32,000 nucleotides of DNA from Candidatus Heimdallarchaeota archaeon B3_Heim (GTDB lineage: Archaea > Asgardarchaeota > Heimdallarchaeia > Hodarchaeales > Hodarchaeaceae): contig NJBF01000033.1 of assembly GCA_003144275.1 (NCBI GenBank), positions 1 to 32,000 on the forward strand, read 5' to 3'. Each line of letters opens with the position of its first letter. Within the stretch, counting starts at the first letter, position 1. The notes below the pieces were generated by a model. That model was not told the DNA's origin and did not search any database. It saw nothing but the letters and a program-made list of their open reading frames with translations. The position numbers were made by a program, and so were the translations under genes. Of this stretch, positions 1 to 8,040 are shown one piece after another.

Positions 1-122
1 CGGAGTTCGTTTTCTAACGGGTGTATTTCTTGTTTTGGTGACATAGAATTACATTTGGTTCAGAAGTTAAATGCTTGTGGGTCAGCTCCGTCATTACTCC
101 CCGATGGTGACTTACTCATCAT
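1..122 (-). CDS. 5' part of a gene running off the left edge, containing an in-frame TGA at 62-60 (MMSKSPSGSNDGADPQAFNF*TKCNSMSPKQEIHPLENEL...); alternatively a gene starting at ATG 44
   Basis: Manual minus-strand translation: ATG ATG at 122/119, preceded by AAGGT; one TGA, then the same frame stays open to base 1. Bases 61-120 look more GC-balanced than the AT-rich spacer at 121-250. Confidence 0.35.
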
Positions 123-206
123 TCGAGATTCTAACCTTTAGTAGATATTTCTATAGATGTATATAGAATAACTTTTACATGTTTTTGATTTAAAAATATT
201 AAAAAC

Positions 207-243
207 TTATAAAGGATAATTTCTTTATATTACAAATCAGGTG
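207..243 (+). promoter_or_regulatory. Candidate TATA boxes (TTATAAA 207-213, TTTATAT 224-230) and SD-like AGGTG (239-243) for the gene at 251
   Basis: Motifs read directly in the AT-rich divergent spacer; AGGTG lies 7 nt before the TTG start. Confidence 0.35.
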
Positions 244-250
244 TACTACG

Positions 251-1360
251 TTGAAATTCAGAAATCTAATAAATTGTTTATTGATAGTCTTATTATTAGC
301 ATTAGGTATTAGCTTAAATAATACTAATGTAATGGGCCAATCTGTTTCTTTTGGTGTCGATGTTGGTGATCAAGCTACTTTCTTTGTCAAAAAATATCTT
401 ATAAATACAACGGATTTACCCCCCGAGTATGGAGGGACAGGTGAACTTCTTGTATTTAACGAATTTACAATTGCTGGATCTAGCAATATCTCAGCTGGGA
501 CTCCTGTAGCTAAATTTAATATTACTATTTCCGATATAATAGAAAATCAACCTGAACCTGGTGAAGTAACAGCGTCCTATGAAATTAGAAAAGATAATAA
601 TGCTGTAAATGTCTCTGAATCCGGGTTTGGTCTATTTCCGCTTATGATTATTTCTCCTTCATTATTATACGCTGCGGGATTAAATTCTTCATCTTTTGGT
701 GTATCCCTAGCAACCAATAATGAACTTGGAGCATCACCATTGTATCCAGGATCGAGTGTTTATTTCCCTAGTATGCCTTATATTATCCCTTTAACTTTCA
801 TAAATGCGAGTAGTGAATTACCAGTTGATACTTGGACAACATTTTCTCAAATATATAGTCAAATGTATGTTGATGCAATGTATACGCCAATCTTTGGTAA
901 TGACTTATCTATAAAACTCAATACTACCAGTACAACTGATGATATTGAATTTTTCTCCTCAATCAATGGTTCACTTACCAATCAATCCACAGGCGATCAC
1001 TTAACAATCAATAGTTCTACTACAATAATTTTTGAAATATCCACGGGTGTTTTAAAATTATTTAAAGATTTTCAAGATGTTGAAGGTGTTATTACTGGTA
1101 ATACAACAGTTGCAAAACGTGAGATTGAAATAGAGCGAGAAAGTTTCAGTTCTGCTCCTCCGCCAAATTCTGATACTACTACTACGCCCAGTTCTGATAC
1201 TACTACAACCACAGATACAATCACAGATACAACCACAAGCCCTACAACTACTACAGATACTACTACAACCACACAAGCTTCGCCATCGTGGACTCCACTG
1301 ATAGTTCTTATGTCGATAACAGTACTACTTATCTTTCGAAAGAGAATGAAATATCATTAA
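251..1360 (+). CDS. Secreted/cell-surface protein with Thr/Asp-rich linker and C-terminal sorting signal (PGF-CTERM/Heimdall-CTERM-like)
   Basis: N-terminal signal peptide (MKFRNLINCLLIVLLLALG); PPPNSDTTTT... linker; ends SPSW-TPLIVLMSITVLLIF-RKRMK (motif + TM + basic tail). Confidence 0.8.
   Translation: MKFRNLINCLLIVLLLALGISLNNTNVMGQSVSFGVDVGDQATFFVKKYLINTTDLPPEYGGTGELLVFNEFTIAGSSNISAGTPVAKFNITISDIIENQPEPGEVTASYEIRKDNNAVNVSESGFGLFPLMIISPSLLYAAGLNSSSFGVSLATNNELGASPLYPGSSVYFPSMPYIIPLTFINASSELPVDTWTTFSQIYSQMYVDAMYTPIFGNDLSIKLNTTSTTDDIEFFSSINGSLTNQSTGDHLTINSSTTIIFEISTGVLKLFKDFQDVEGVITGNTTVAKREIEIERESFSSAPPPNSDTTTTPSSDTTTTTDTITDTTTSPTTTTDTTTTTQASPSWTPLIVLMSITVLLIFRKRMKYH
1157..1276 (+). repeat. 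Low-complexity Thr-rich linker with imperfect repeats (TCTGATACTACTAC / ACAGATAC units)
   Basis: Repeated SDTTTT/TDTTT units in the translation and repeated ACT/ACA codons in the DNA. Confidence 0.8.
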
Positions 1361-1431
1361 GAGATTTAAATACAGCTAGTTAAAAAAAAATATAATTACA
1401 GAAAAAAAGAGGCTTGGAGAGAAACCTTCCA

Positions 1432-4248
1432 ATGAAAGATAAAATACACACTTTACAATTCAAATTTAAGATTATTTTCATTATTTTTCTTGTTTTTGGG
1501 TTAAGTGTTAATTTGTTCCAAGAATCACACGAAACTAATGAGATTGACATTTCAGTTAGAATCACATCTGGAACAGTGGTGAATATAAGTCCGCACAGTG
1601 AAATACTTATTACTAGTGATTCACAACTAATTAATACTGCTGTTAGTGGTACAGGAACAGCTATTGATCCTTACATATTAGAAGGCTGGAATATTACGGT
1701 TTCAGGCAATTTCACACATGGTATCGCGATATCTGGAACAACAAAATATTTTGTAATCCGCAATAATTATATCAATACTGGAGGTTTAACTAATGTTCAT
1801 GGGATATTCATTAATGGTGTTGCAAATGGAACAGCCAGAATCGAAAATAATACTGTTGAAAATAATTATGTCGGGATTGAGATTCAATCTGGAACCTATT
1901 CGACCATTCAGAATAACACTGCTCGATTTAACATTAACTATGGGATTGAAACTAGAGACGGAGCCAGTAACACACTTGTTGCCCAAAACACCTTAATTCT
2001 AAACCTTGCTGGAGGGATTCGGTTGGAAAGTGTGGACACCTCCCTGATTAATAATACTATTCAGGGAAACGCTAGTGATGAGGTTCCCAGTAATTTAGGT
2101 ATTGAAATCACTCGCAATAACGCGAGAGTCATTGGTAATACAATTCTTAGTAGCAATTTAGTAGGAATCGAAGTTGGACCAGTCTTGAATGCATATGTTG
2201 CGTTAAATCTGGTTGATGGTTGCAGGGGTGGAATTGCAAGTTGGTCTAATAACAGTATAATCTATAATAATACTCTGAAAAATGGAGGCGTAGGTGGTAG
2301 TGGATTAAGTTTGGGAGGACAACCAGTAAGTACTCCTACCAATAATACCATTGCTTGGAACCTAGTCATGAATTTCCCTTGGTATGCTTTCTACGTCTCT
2401 GATAATGCTTCTGGAAACATCATCCACCACAATGCCTTTATCCATAATAATTTTGATAATCCAGGTTCACCACAGGGTCGAGATTTCAGTACAAATCGCT
2501 ATTATGATAATATCACTAACAAAGGCAACTATTGGCATGATTATTCTGGTAGTGGTAACTATAAACTAGATGGAGTTGCAGAAGATCCTTTTCCATTGAC
2601 ATCGATCGATTTAGATCAAGATTTAATGGCTGATGGCTGGGAGTATGATAATAATCTCGATCCAGCTACTGCAACCGATGCTAACTGGGATCTTGATAAT
2701 GATAGTCTAATTAATCTTTTTGAATATCAGAACGGTCTACGAGCTGATAATCCAGATACGGATGGGGATGGTCTTACTGATGGAATTGAGGTAATAATTC
2801 ACCATACTGATCCCCTGCTGAATGATTCCGATAATGATGGATTAACTGACGGGACTGAGATCGCTACGCATCTGACTGATCCTACTGATAATGATACTGA
2901 TAATGATGGGTTAATGGACGGTGTTGAAATCATTACTTATCGAACTGATCCTAATGATGGTGATTCGGACGACGATGGTGTGAGTGATGGTGACGAAGTT
3001 AATCTATACCTCATTGATCCTAATGATGATGATTCAGACGATGATGGCATACTAGATGGAGAAGAAATCAATCGTGGTTTTGATCCAACGGATCCAAACG
3101 ACCCTCCAATACAGGATCCTTTACAGGAATTTCTTGTTATCAGTGGAATAATTGCTGTTGTTGGTGGGGTATCTGTAACCGTTATATCAGTGGGAGCCTC
3201 CTATATTGCTCCAAATTCAACAATTGGTAGGTTAGGTCGTCGGATCCGGAATCCACGGAAGAAAAAACCTAAGAAGAAAAGAAAACCCAAGGAACCTCAA
3301 AAGCAAGTAGAAAGCGACTTAGAGAAGATTTCATCTGATCTTCCAATATCTTCCGCAGTTCTTGAGTTATTGACGCGATGTCGATTTTATGTGGACAAAT
3401 TAACAATTCGTAGTAATATTTCTGAACCGATAACGAATCTAGAAGTTCATTTAAAGAGTAAACAATTATATAGAATCCTAACGTTACATGGCTCACTAGT
3501 TAGTAATGGAAAACTATTCTTAGAAAGGTTGGACCCACATCAAAAAGCTGATTTGACTACTAGCATGGTTGGATTAGACGTTCCGCTTTTATCAAGACTT
3601 GAAGATATCCTCCTCAATTACAATTATTCAGGTACTCAGAATATGCTCACTCTGAAACCTGGAGAAAAAGTTGAGAACTCAGGAATCATTGTCCATCATG
3701 AACATGGGTTCTCATCAGAGGCCCTGAAAATTTTTAGCGGATTTGATCAAATAATAATGAGTCTCACAAGTTATGTGGGCAAAAAAATCCTTGGATTAAC
3801 GATCCAGCGGATCAAGGAATTAATTGAAGATTGGCGTTTCCATGTTCTGATCATCAAAAAGCTCACAGAATCAAGCTCTTTTGAGGATAAATCTGTCAAA
3901 ATCTCGTTACCCAAATTTGGAGTGCTGTCTCAGATCCAAGTGAAAACTCCAGTAGCGATTGAGGATTTTTCGTCAAAGAATATGGATTCTCGTACAATAA
4001 CACTCAAAGATACTACCATCGATACTGTAATGATAAGATTCGGAACAATAATGCTACTAATTAATGATAAATTGCCCCTCTCACCCCTGAAAATTGATTT
4101 TGGGGGAAAAGAGCTCGTAGAAGGAGTAGAACTGATTCATGAAGGTTTCCAGGTCATTTGGCTCTCGAAAAACAGGAAAAAACTCAATAAGGAGCTTGAA
4201 TTGTTATCTTCTGAAATTGAGGAGGAGGTGGGAAAGAGAGGAGGGTAA
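1432..4248 (+). CDS. Large single-pass membrane protein: right-handed parallel beta-helix (NosD/CASH-like) + Ca-binding TSP3-like DxDxDG repeats + TM + Lys-rich segment + ~310-aa cytoplasmic domain of unknown function
   Basis: N-terminal hydrophobic segment; NNT/GIxI beta-helix repeats; 'NIIHHNAFIHN...NYWHDYSG' NosD-like C-cap; DTDGDGLTDG-type repeats; TM FLVISGIIAVVGGVSVTVISVGA followed by RNPRKKKPKKKRK. Start at ATG 1432 preferred over TTG 1414. Confidence 0.8.
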   Translation: MKDKIHTLQFKFKIIFIIFLVFGLSVNLFQESHETNEIDISVRITSGTVVNISPHSEILITSDSQLINTAVSGTGTAIDPYILEGWNITVSGNFTHGIAISGTTKYFVIRNNYINTGGLTNVHGIFINGVANGTARIENNTVENNYVGIEIQSGTYSTIQNNTARFNINYGIETRDGASNTLVAQNTLILNLAGGIRLESVDTSLINNTIQGNASDEVPSNLGIEITRNNARVIGNTILSSNLVGIEVGPVLNAYVALNLVDGCRGGIASWSNNSIIYNNTLKNGGVGGSGLSLGGQPVSTPTNNTIAWNLVMNFPWYAFYVSDNASGNIIHHNAFIHNNFDNPGSPQGRDFSTNRYYDNITNKGNYWHDYSGSGNYKLDGVAEDPFPLTSIDLDQDLMADGWEYDNNLDPATATDANWDLDNDSLINLFEYQNGLRADNPDTDGDGLTDGIEVIIHHTDPLLNDSDNDGLTDGTEIATHLTDPTDNDTDNDGLMDGVEIITYRTDPNDGDSDDDGVSDGDEVNLYLIDPNDDDSDDDGILDGEEINRGFDPTDPNDPPIQDPLQEFLVISGIIAVVGGVSVTVISVGASYIAPNSTIGRLGRRIRNPRKKKPKKKRKPKEPQKQVESDLEKISSDLPISSAVLELLTRCRFYVDKLTIRSNISEPITNLEVHLKSKQLYRILTLHGSLVSNGKLFLERLDPHQKADLTTSMVGLDVPLLSRLEDILLNYNYSGTQNMLTLKPGEKVENSGIIVHHEHGFSSEALKIFSGFDQIIMSLTSYVGKKILGLTIQRIKELIEDWRFHVLIIKKLTESSSFEDKSVKISLPKFGVLSQIQVKTPVAIEDFSSKNMDSRTITLKDTTIDTVMIRFGTIMLLINDKLPLSPLKIDFGGKELVEGVELIHEGFQVIWLSKNRKKLNKELELLSSEIEEEVGKRGG
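2608..3108 (+). repeat. About 7 tandem ~24-aa Asp-rich repeats (D-x-D-x-D-G-L-x-D-G-x-E...T-D-P), bacterial TSP3-like calcium-binding repeats
   Basis: e.g. DTDGDGLTDGIE, DSDNDGLTDGTE, DTDNDGLMDGVE, DSDDDGVSDGDE, DSDDDGILDGEE. Confidence 0.85.
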
Positions 4249-4555
4249 TATTCCAATCTTTCATATACGATGCATTTGTGGCGTCATATTAGCTAAATAG
4301 TTTATTAATAAATTCTTTCCCGATTTAACACTATCTTACTTTTAGGATTTTCCTAATTTCTGCTGTATGATGATTAATATTTCCTGAAATTATAAACTCG
4401 TCAGAAAAGCTGTTTAAAAGCAGTTTGTATTGCTTGAATCATAATTTTTTACTGGTCTAGTTACTCAAATGAACGAATATTGTTTTTGACAAAATCAAAT
4501 TTTGAAAAATCTCAATATTCGAAAGCTAGTTTTAACAATTATAAGAATTATTTGA

Positions 4556-4885
4556 CGAAAGCGGGCTTTAAAATTCAAACAGATATGTAGCGAAGTTATA
4601 GATCAAATAATTTGTCTAGCTTTACTTGATGACAACACCGATTTGACGACGTATTCAGAATTTTATTCAGATCATTAAAAGAAATACAGAACTTTGTTTT
4701 ACGGTTCCCTAAGGTTTGTCAGGCTACACGTTTTATAAGTGTTATTAACAGGAGATTATCAAAACAATCGCAATGCTATTGGAAAAGCAAGACAATTGGA
4801 GCTCATCAATTATTACCGAAAATCATCCTCTATTAGTCATTGGAGAATCCTTAATACATGTATCCATCAAATAATTAATTTATGA
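4556..4885 (+). pseudogene. Possible decayed reading frame with two internal TAA stops
   Basis: One frame reads RKRALKFKQICSEVIDQIICLALLDDNTDLTTYSEFYSDH*KKYRTLFYGSLRFVRLHVL*VLLTGDYQNNRNAIGKARQLELINYYRK...INL*; only 2 internal stops in ~110 codons of AT-rich DNA; no family recognised. Confidence 0.25.
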
Positions 4886-4893
4886 AATTAGTT

Positions 4894-5310
4894 TCATTGA
4901 TGAAACAATCTCTCAACATCTTCCCAAAGCCATTCTTTTTTATAAATAGGATAACGTTTTTGTAAGTTTCTAATCTCCTTTTCAACCATAGATGTCAGAT
5001 TATATTCTAGTCCTTGATATGCAGGACATTTATCATCAGTATAAGGAATCCCGGTAATGAATATGGGGTAAAATTTACAGTATAAGGGTTTAAAATCATG
5101 AATACTACATTTTTTCTCCTTATCCAAATAAGGACATCCCTCTTTCGTATAGAATACTGCCCCATCTTTTTCCTTAGTTACACAGAACCCAGGGAATTTT
5201 TCAAATAAATCCATTTCATCAGGATTGAGTATAATAAAGACATCAATACAGCAATCCTCTCCTGCGCCCCTTTCCCCTATACAAAACCTACAAGGATTGG
5301 TTGCAGTCAT
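4894..5310 (-). CDS. YkgJ-family cysteine-cluster protein (putative Fe-S/Zn-binding)
   Basis: CxxC...CC, GCPYL...CSIHxxKPxxCxxYP pattern; SD AGGAG upstream of the ATG. Confidence 0.8.
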   Translation of the reverse strand: MTATNPCRFCIGERGAGEDCCIDVFIILNPDEMDLFEKFPGFCVTKEKDGAVFYTKEGCPYLDKEKKCSIHDFKPLYCKFYPIFITGIPYTDDKCPAYQGLEYNLTSMVEKEIRNLQKRYPIYKKEWLWEDVERLFHQ

Positions 5311-5353
5311 GTTTTCTCCTTAGATTAATCACGGAGTATGTTAATATTTAAAT

Positions 5354-6547
5354 TCAATGGTTTTTTTTCTTAGGAATCACATGTTTAAAGGTAACGCCAA
5401 CAAATAATGCAATTACAACAGGAAGAAAATCAAGTGTGATTCTAGATTTTGTTTTTCCTACAATTGCTGGTATGATATAATTATTCAAAATCGGATCCCT
5501 ATTGATATCAGCTGAAGCAGTAAATACCACAATTAGATCTAATTCTGGGAAACAATGGATTTTTTGACCTGCATATCCTACTGCAAGAAAATCAAAATAT
5601 CCATATGTTTGATCAAAAATCCACCATTGATAACCATATTGAATAGGTACGCCATATCTTTCCCCAATTTGAGCATAATTTCTGGTAGATTCTATAACCC
5701 AAGATTCTGAAATAATTTGTTCACCATCCCACGTTCCATTATTTAAATACAGAAGTCCAAATCGGGCCATGTCTAAGGGGGTTAGATGAAGCCCGTGAGC
5801 TCCGAAAAATACGTCATGAGGACTTGTTAAATGCGTTCCAGGATTAATTCCGATGGGGTTGAATAGATAGAGATTCAGAAAATCCCATGTTGTCATATTG
5901 GCTGTCTGTTGTACAATTGCTGAAAGAAGATGGCTTGCTCCTCCACAATAAACAAAAACAGTTCCAGGATCAGATGCCATTGGTTTATCGAGAATAAATT
6001 GAATATAATCATCGCTACGTTGCATAGCTGTGTGATCATTATCAGGGTGTCCATATGCTAAGCTCCATTCATCCCAATCAAGGCCTGTTTGCATTTGTAA
6101 GAGATTTTTCACAGTAATGTTCTTTTTATGTACATCGACAGTTTCAAATGTTCGGTTCGGGAAGAAATCAAGCACATAGTCATCTACAGTGAAGTATCCT
6201 TTGTCTATGGCAATTCCTACTGCTGCTGAGGTAATACTTTTCGTGCAGGAGTAGAGTGGATGTTCCATATTTTCCTTCCAGCCATTGTAATACTCATTCA
6301 ACACAAGATAACCATTTTTAACAACGATAATTCCATCTAAGCCCACTACCTCGGCATCTATGTACTTCTTAAGATCTTCAATAAGCGATGCATTCATTCC
6401 TACTGTCTCTGGGATAACAAACGTCCATTCGTCAGTAGGCCAATAGCTACGGTCGTGATTTCCTGCGATCTCTGCTTTTAGACTCATTTGTCCTATGGAT
6501 GTGGACATAGTGATTGCTAGAAGAATTAGGAGAATTTGTTTTTTCAT
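5354..6547 (-). CDS. Serine hydrolase, beta-lactamase class C/AmpC-like family, with signal peptide and C-terminal membrane anchor
   Basis: SxxK motif (YSCTKS), LLQMQTGL, FVYC, LTPLDMARFG, YGYQWW, GYAGQ; C-terminal hydrophobic stretch + KKK. ATG 6547 preferred over TTG 6562. Confidence 0.85.
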   Translation of the reverse strand: MKKQILLILLAITMSTSIGQMSLKAEIAGNHDRSYWPTDEWTFVIPETVGMNASLIEDLKKYIDAEVVGLDGIIVVKNGYLVLNEYYNGWKENMEHPLYSCTKSITSAAVGIAIDKGYFTVDDYVLDFFPNRTFETVDVHKKNITVKNLLQMQTGLDWDEWSLAYGHPDNDHTAMQRSDDYIQFILDKPMASDPGTVFVYCGGASHLLSAIVQQTANMTTWDFLNLYLFNPIGINPGTHLTSPHDVFFGAHGLHLTPLDMARFGLLYLNNGTWDGEQIISESWVIESTRNYAQIGERYGVPIQYGYQWWIFDQTYGYFDFLAVGYAGQKIHCFPELDLIVVFTASADINRDPILNNYIIPAIVGKTKSRITLDFLPVVIALFVGVTFKHVIPKKKNH

Positions 6548-6754
6548 TTCACTTCTCTTCAAAATCGTATTTGAGAAATCATTACGGTAAATGTGATTAC
6601 CCCTATTTTCCTCAAATTAATGGTAGTTTTCTCGATTAGTTAGAAGAGAGAATGAAATTTGAAATAGTTAAATCTTATGTTATGGGTAAAAAGGAGAAGC
6701 CCATGACATTACCTTCTTCTTTAACTCTAGTTTTTCGTACTAAAGATACGACTT

Positions 6755-6813
6755 AAAAAGAGAAAAAGGAAAGAAGGAGGAGAAGAATGTTATAAAGATG
6801 AAATAAAAGAAAA
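6755..6813 (-). terminator. Pyrimidine/U-rich terminator-like tract downstream of the SCP2 gene
   Basis: Minus strand reads TTCTTCTCCTCCTTCTTTCCTTTTTCTCTTTTT shortly after the stop. Confidence 0.5.
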
Positions 6814-7146
6814 TTATGGTTTCATCATCTTGATGATGGGAATTAACTTCATGGTTCCCATAACATCGCCTTCTATCTTATATTTCTTGGCAAAGTAGGC
6901 TTTTTGTGCGTCTTCTTCACCAGTAAACATCTTTTCGAAGATTTCTGTCGTACCGATCATAGTAAAGCTTGCTTTTTCAGGTTTTCCTTCATGAAATTCG
7001 CAGGTTCCATCCGCGTTGTGTGATATGTAACAATCTTCACCATCAACATTATATCCAGCAACTTTTGTCCAATTCTTTAATTTTGCTTTAACGTCATCAC
7101 GACTGTTAATTGCTTCACAAAAATCTTTAATCTTTTCAATACCCAT
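6814..7146 (-). CDS. SCP2 sterol/lipid-binding domain protein (110 aa)
   Basis: C-terminal 'FEKMFTGEEDAQKAYFAKKYKIEGDVMGTMKL' matches the SCP2 signature; ATG 7146 preferred over TTG 7233. Confidence 0.8.
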   Translation of the reverse strand: MGIEKIKDFCEAINSRDDVKAKLKNWTKVAGYNVDGEDCYISHNADGTCEFHEGKPEKASFTMIGTTEIFEKMFTGEEDAQKAYFAKKYKIEGDVMGTMKLIPIIKMMKP

Positions 7147-7335
7147 TTTTATCGCCTTTGTAATAATTCTTAGAAATAGAACTTTTACTATCTCTTCTAG
7201 TAAGAATTTCTGGTAAGAGTCCTCAATGAGCAATCCTCCAGATTCTTATTGTAATAATTTGTTAAAATGTCAATAATAAAAGTTTTTGCGTCTAAGTTAT
7301 ATTCAAGTTATAACTTTAAACAACATATCAAAAAG

Positions 7336-8007
7336 TCAAGGGAATAGTTTAAGCAATTCACGAAAATCATTGATAACAAGGTCGGCCTTCTTTACTTCCC
7401 CAAATCCGTATCCATACGCACATCCAATGGAAAGCCCCCGATTAACCTTTGCAGCGTCGATATCGTGATGTCGATCGCCTACAACGGCAAAATTCTCTGT
7501 TCTGAGGTTTTTGATGATTTGACTGATCATCCAGTCTTTACTTTTCCAGTTATGTTGACCTGCTGCATACATCACCGAAAAATAGTTGGTTAGCTGAAAT
7601 CTTTTAGTAACAGCTTCGAGATAATCCTTACGAGCGTTTGTACACAAGGCTAGTTTGTAATTTCGCTTTCTTAACTCAGTTAATACCTCTGGTACTCCTT
7701 CATAGAGTTCTCCTCCCCCATTTTCTAATGTTTTGACCTCTGCATTTTCTATACATTCTGCAAATGATTCTATAATATCTGGTTTTGCATTTTGTAATAG
7801 GGTTCGATATATATCGTTGGAATGTCTTCCAAACTGTGCCAATATTTTTGCTTCTGAAGGAAAATCTAAATTGTAATGAAACTCATCAATAAGTATTGTT
7901 AAACACTCTTGGAAAATCGGCAGGCTGAATGTTTCCCCTTTAAACAGTGTGCCATCAAAATCAAAAATTATTGTATCGACTTGGGAAAGGGAATTTTGAG
8001 GATCCAA
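7336..8007 (-). CDS. HAD-superfamily hydrolase (phosphoglycolate phosphatase-like)
   Basis: Motif I FDFDGTL, motif II CTN, Lys motif III, motif IV VGDRHHD; SD AGGAG upstream of the TTG; 33 nt downstream of pheT. Confidence 0.85.
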   Translation of the reverse strand: MDPQNSLSQVDTIIFDFDGTLFKGETFSLPIFQECLTILIDEFHYNLDFPSEAKILAQFGRHSNDIYRTLLQNAKPDIIESFAECIENAEVKTLENGGGELYEGVPEVLTELRKRNYKLALCTNARKDYLEAVTKRFQLTNYFSVMYAAGQHNWKSKDWMISQIIKNLRTENFAVVGDRHHDIDAAKVNRGLSIGCAYGYGFGEVKKADLVINDFRELLKLFP

Positions 8008-8040
8008 GATTTTGATTTCTCCTTGATTGCTTTCGTGAAT

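Noticed and set aside
1058-1276. Antisense ORFs of 72 aa (Cys-rich) and 66 aa (Val-rich).
   Set aside because: Shadows of the ACT/ACA Thr-repeat linker on the opposite strand.
2608-3108. Regularly spaced DNA repeats that could resemble a CRISPR array.
   Set aside because: They are degenerate, in-frame coding repeats (TSP3-like) with no identical direct repeats or unique spacers; no cas genes.
6652-6756. 34-aa + strand ORF MKFEIVKSYVMGKKEKPMTLPSSLTLVFRTKDTT.
   Set aside because: Short, no motif, no clear SD, and runs into the SCP2 terminator; not distinguishable from chance.
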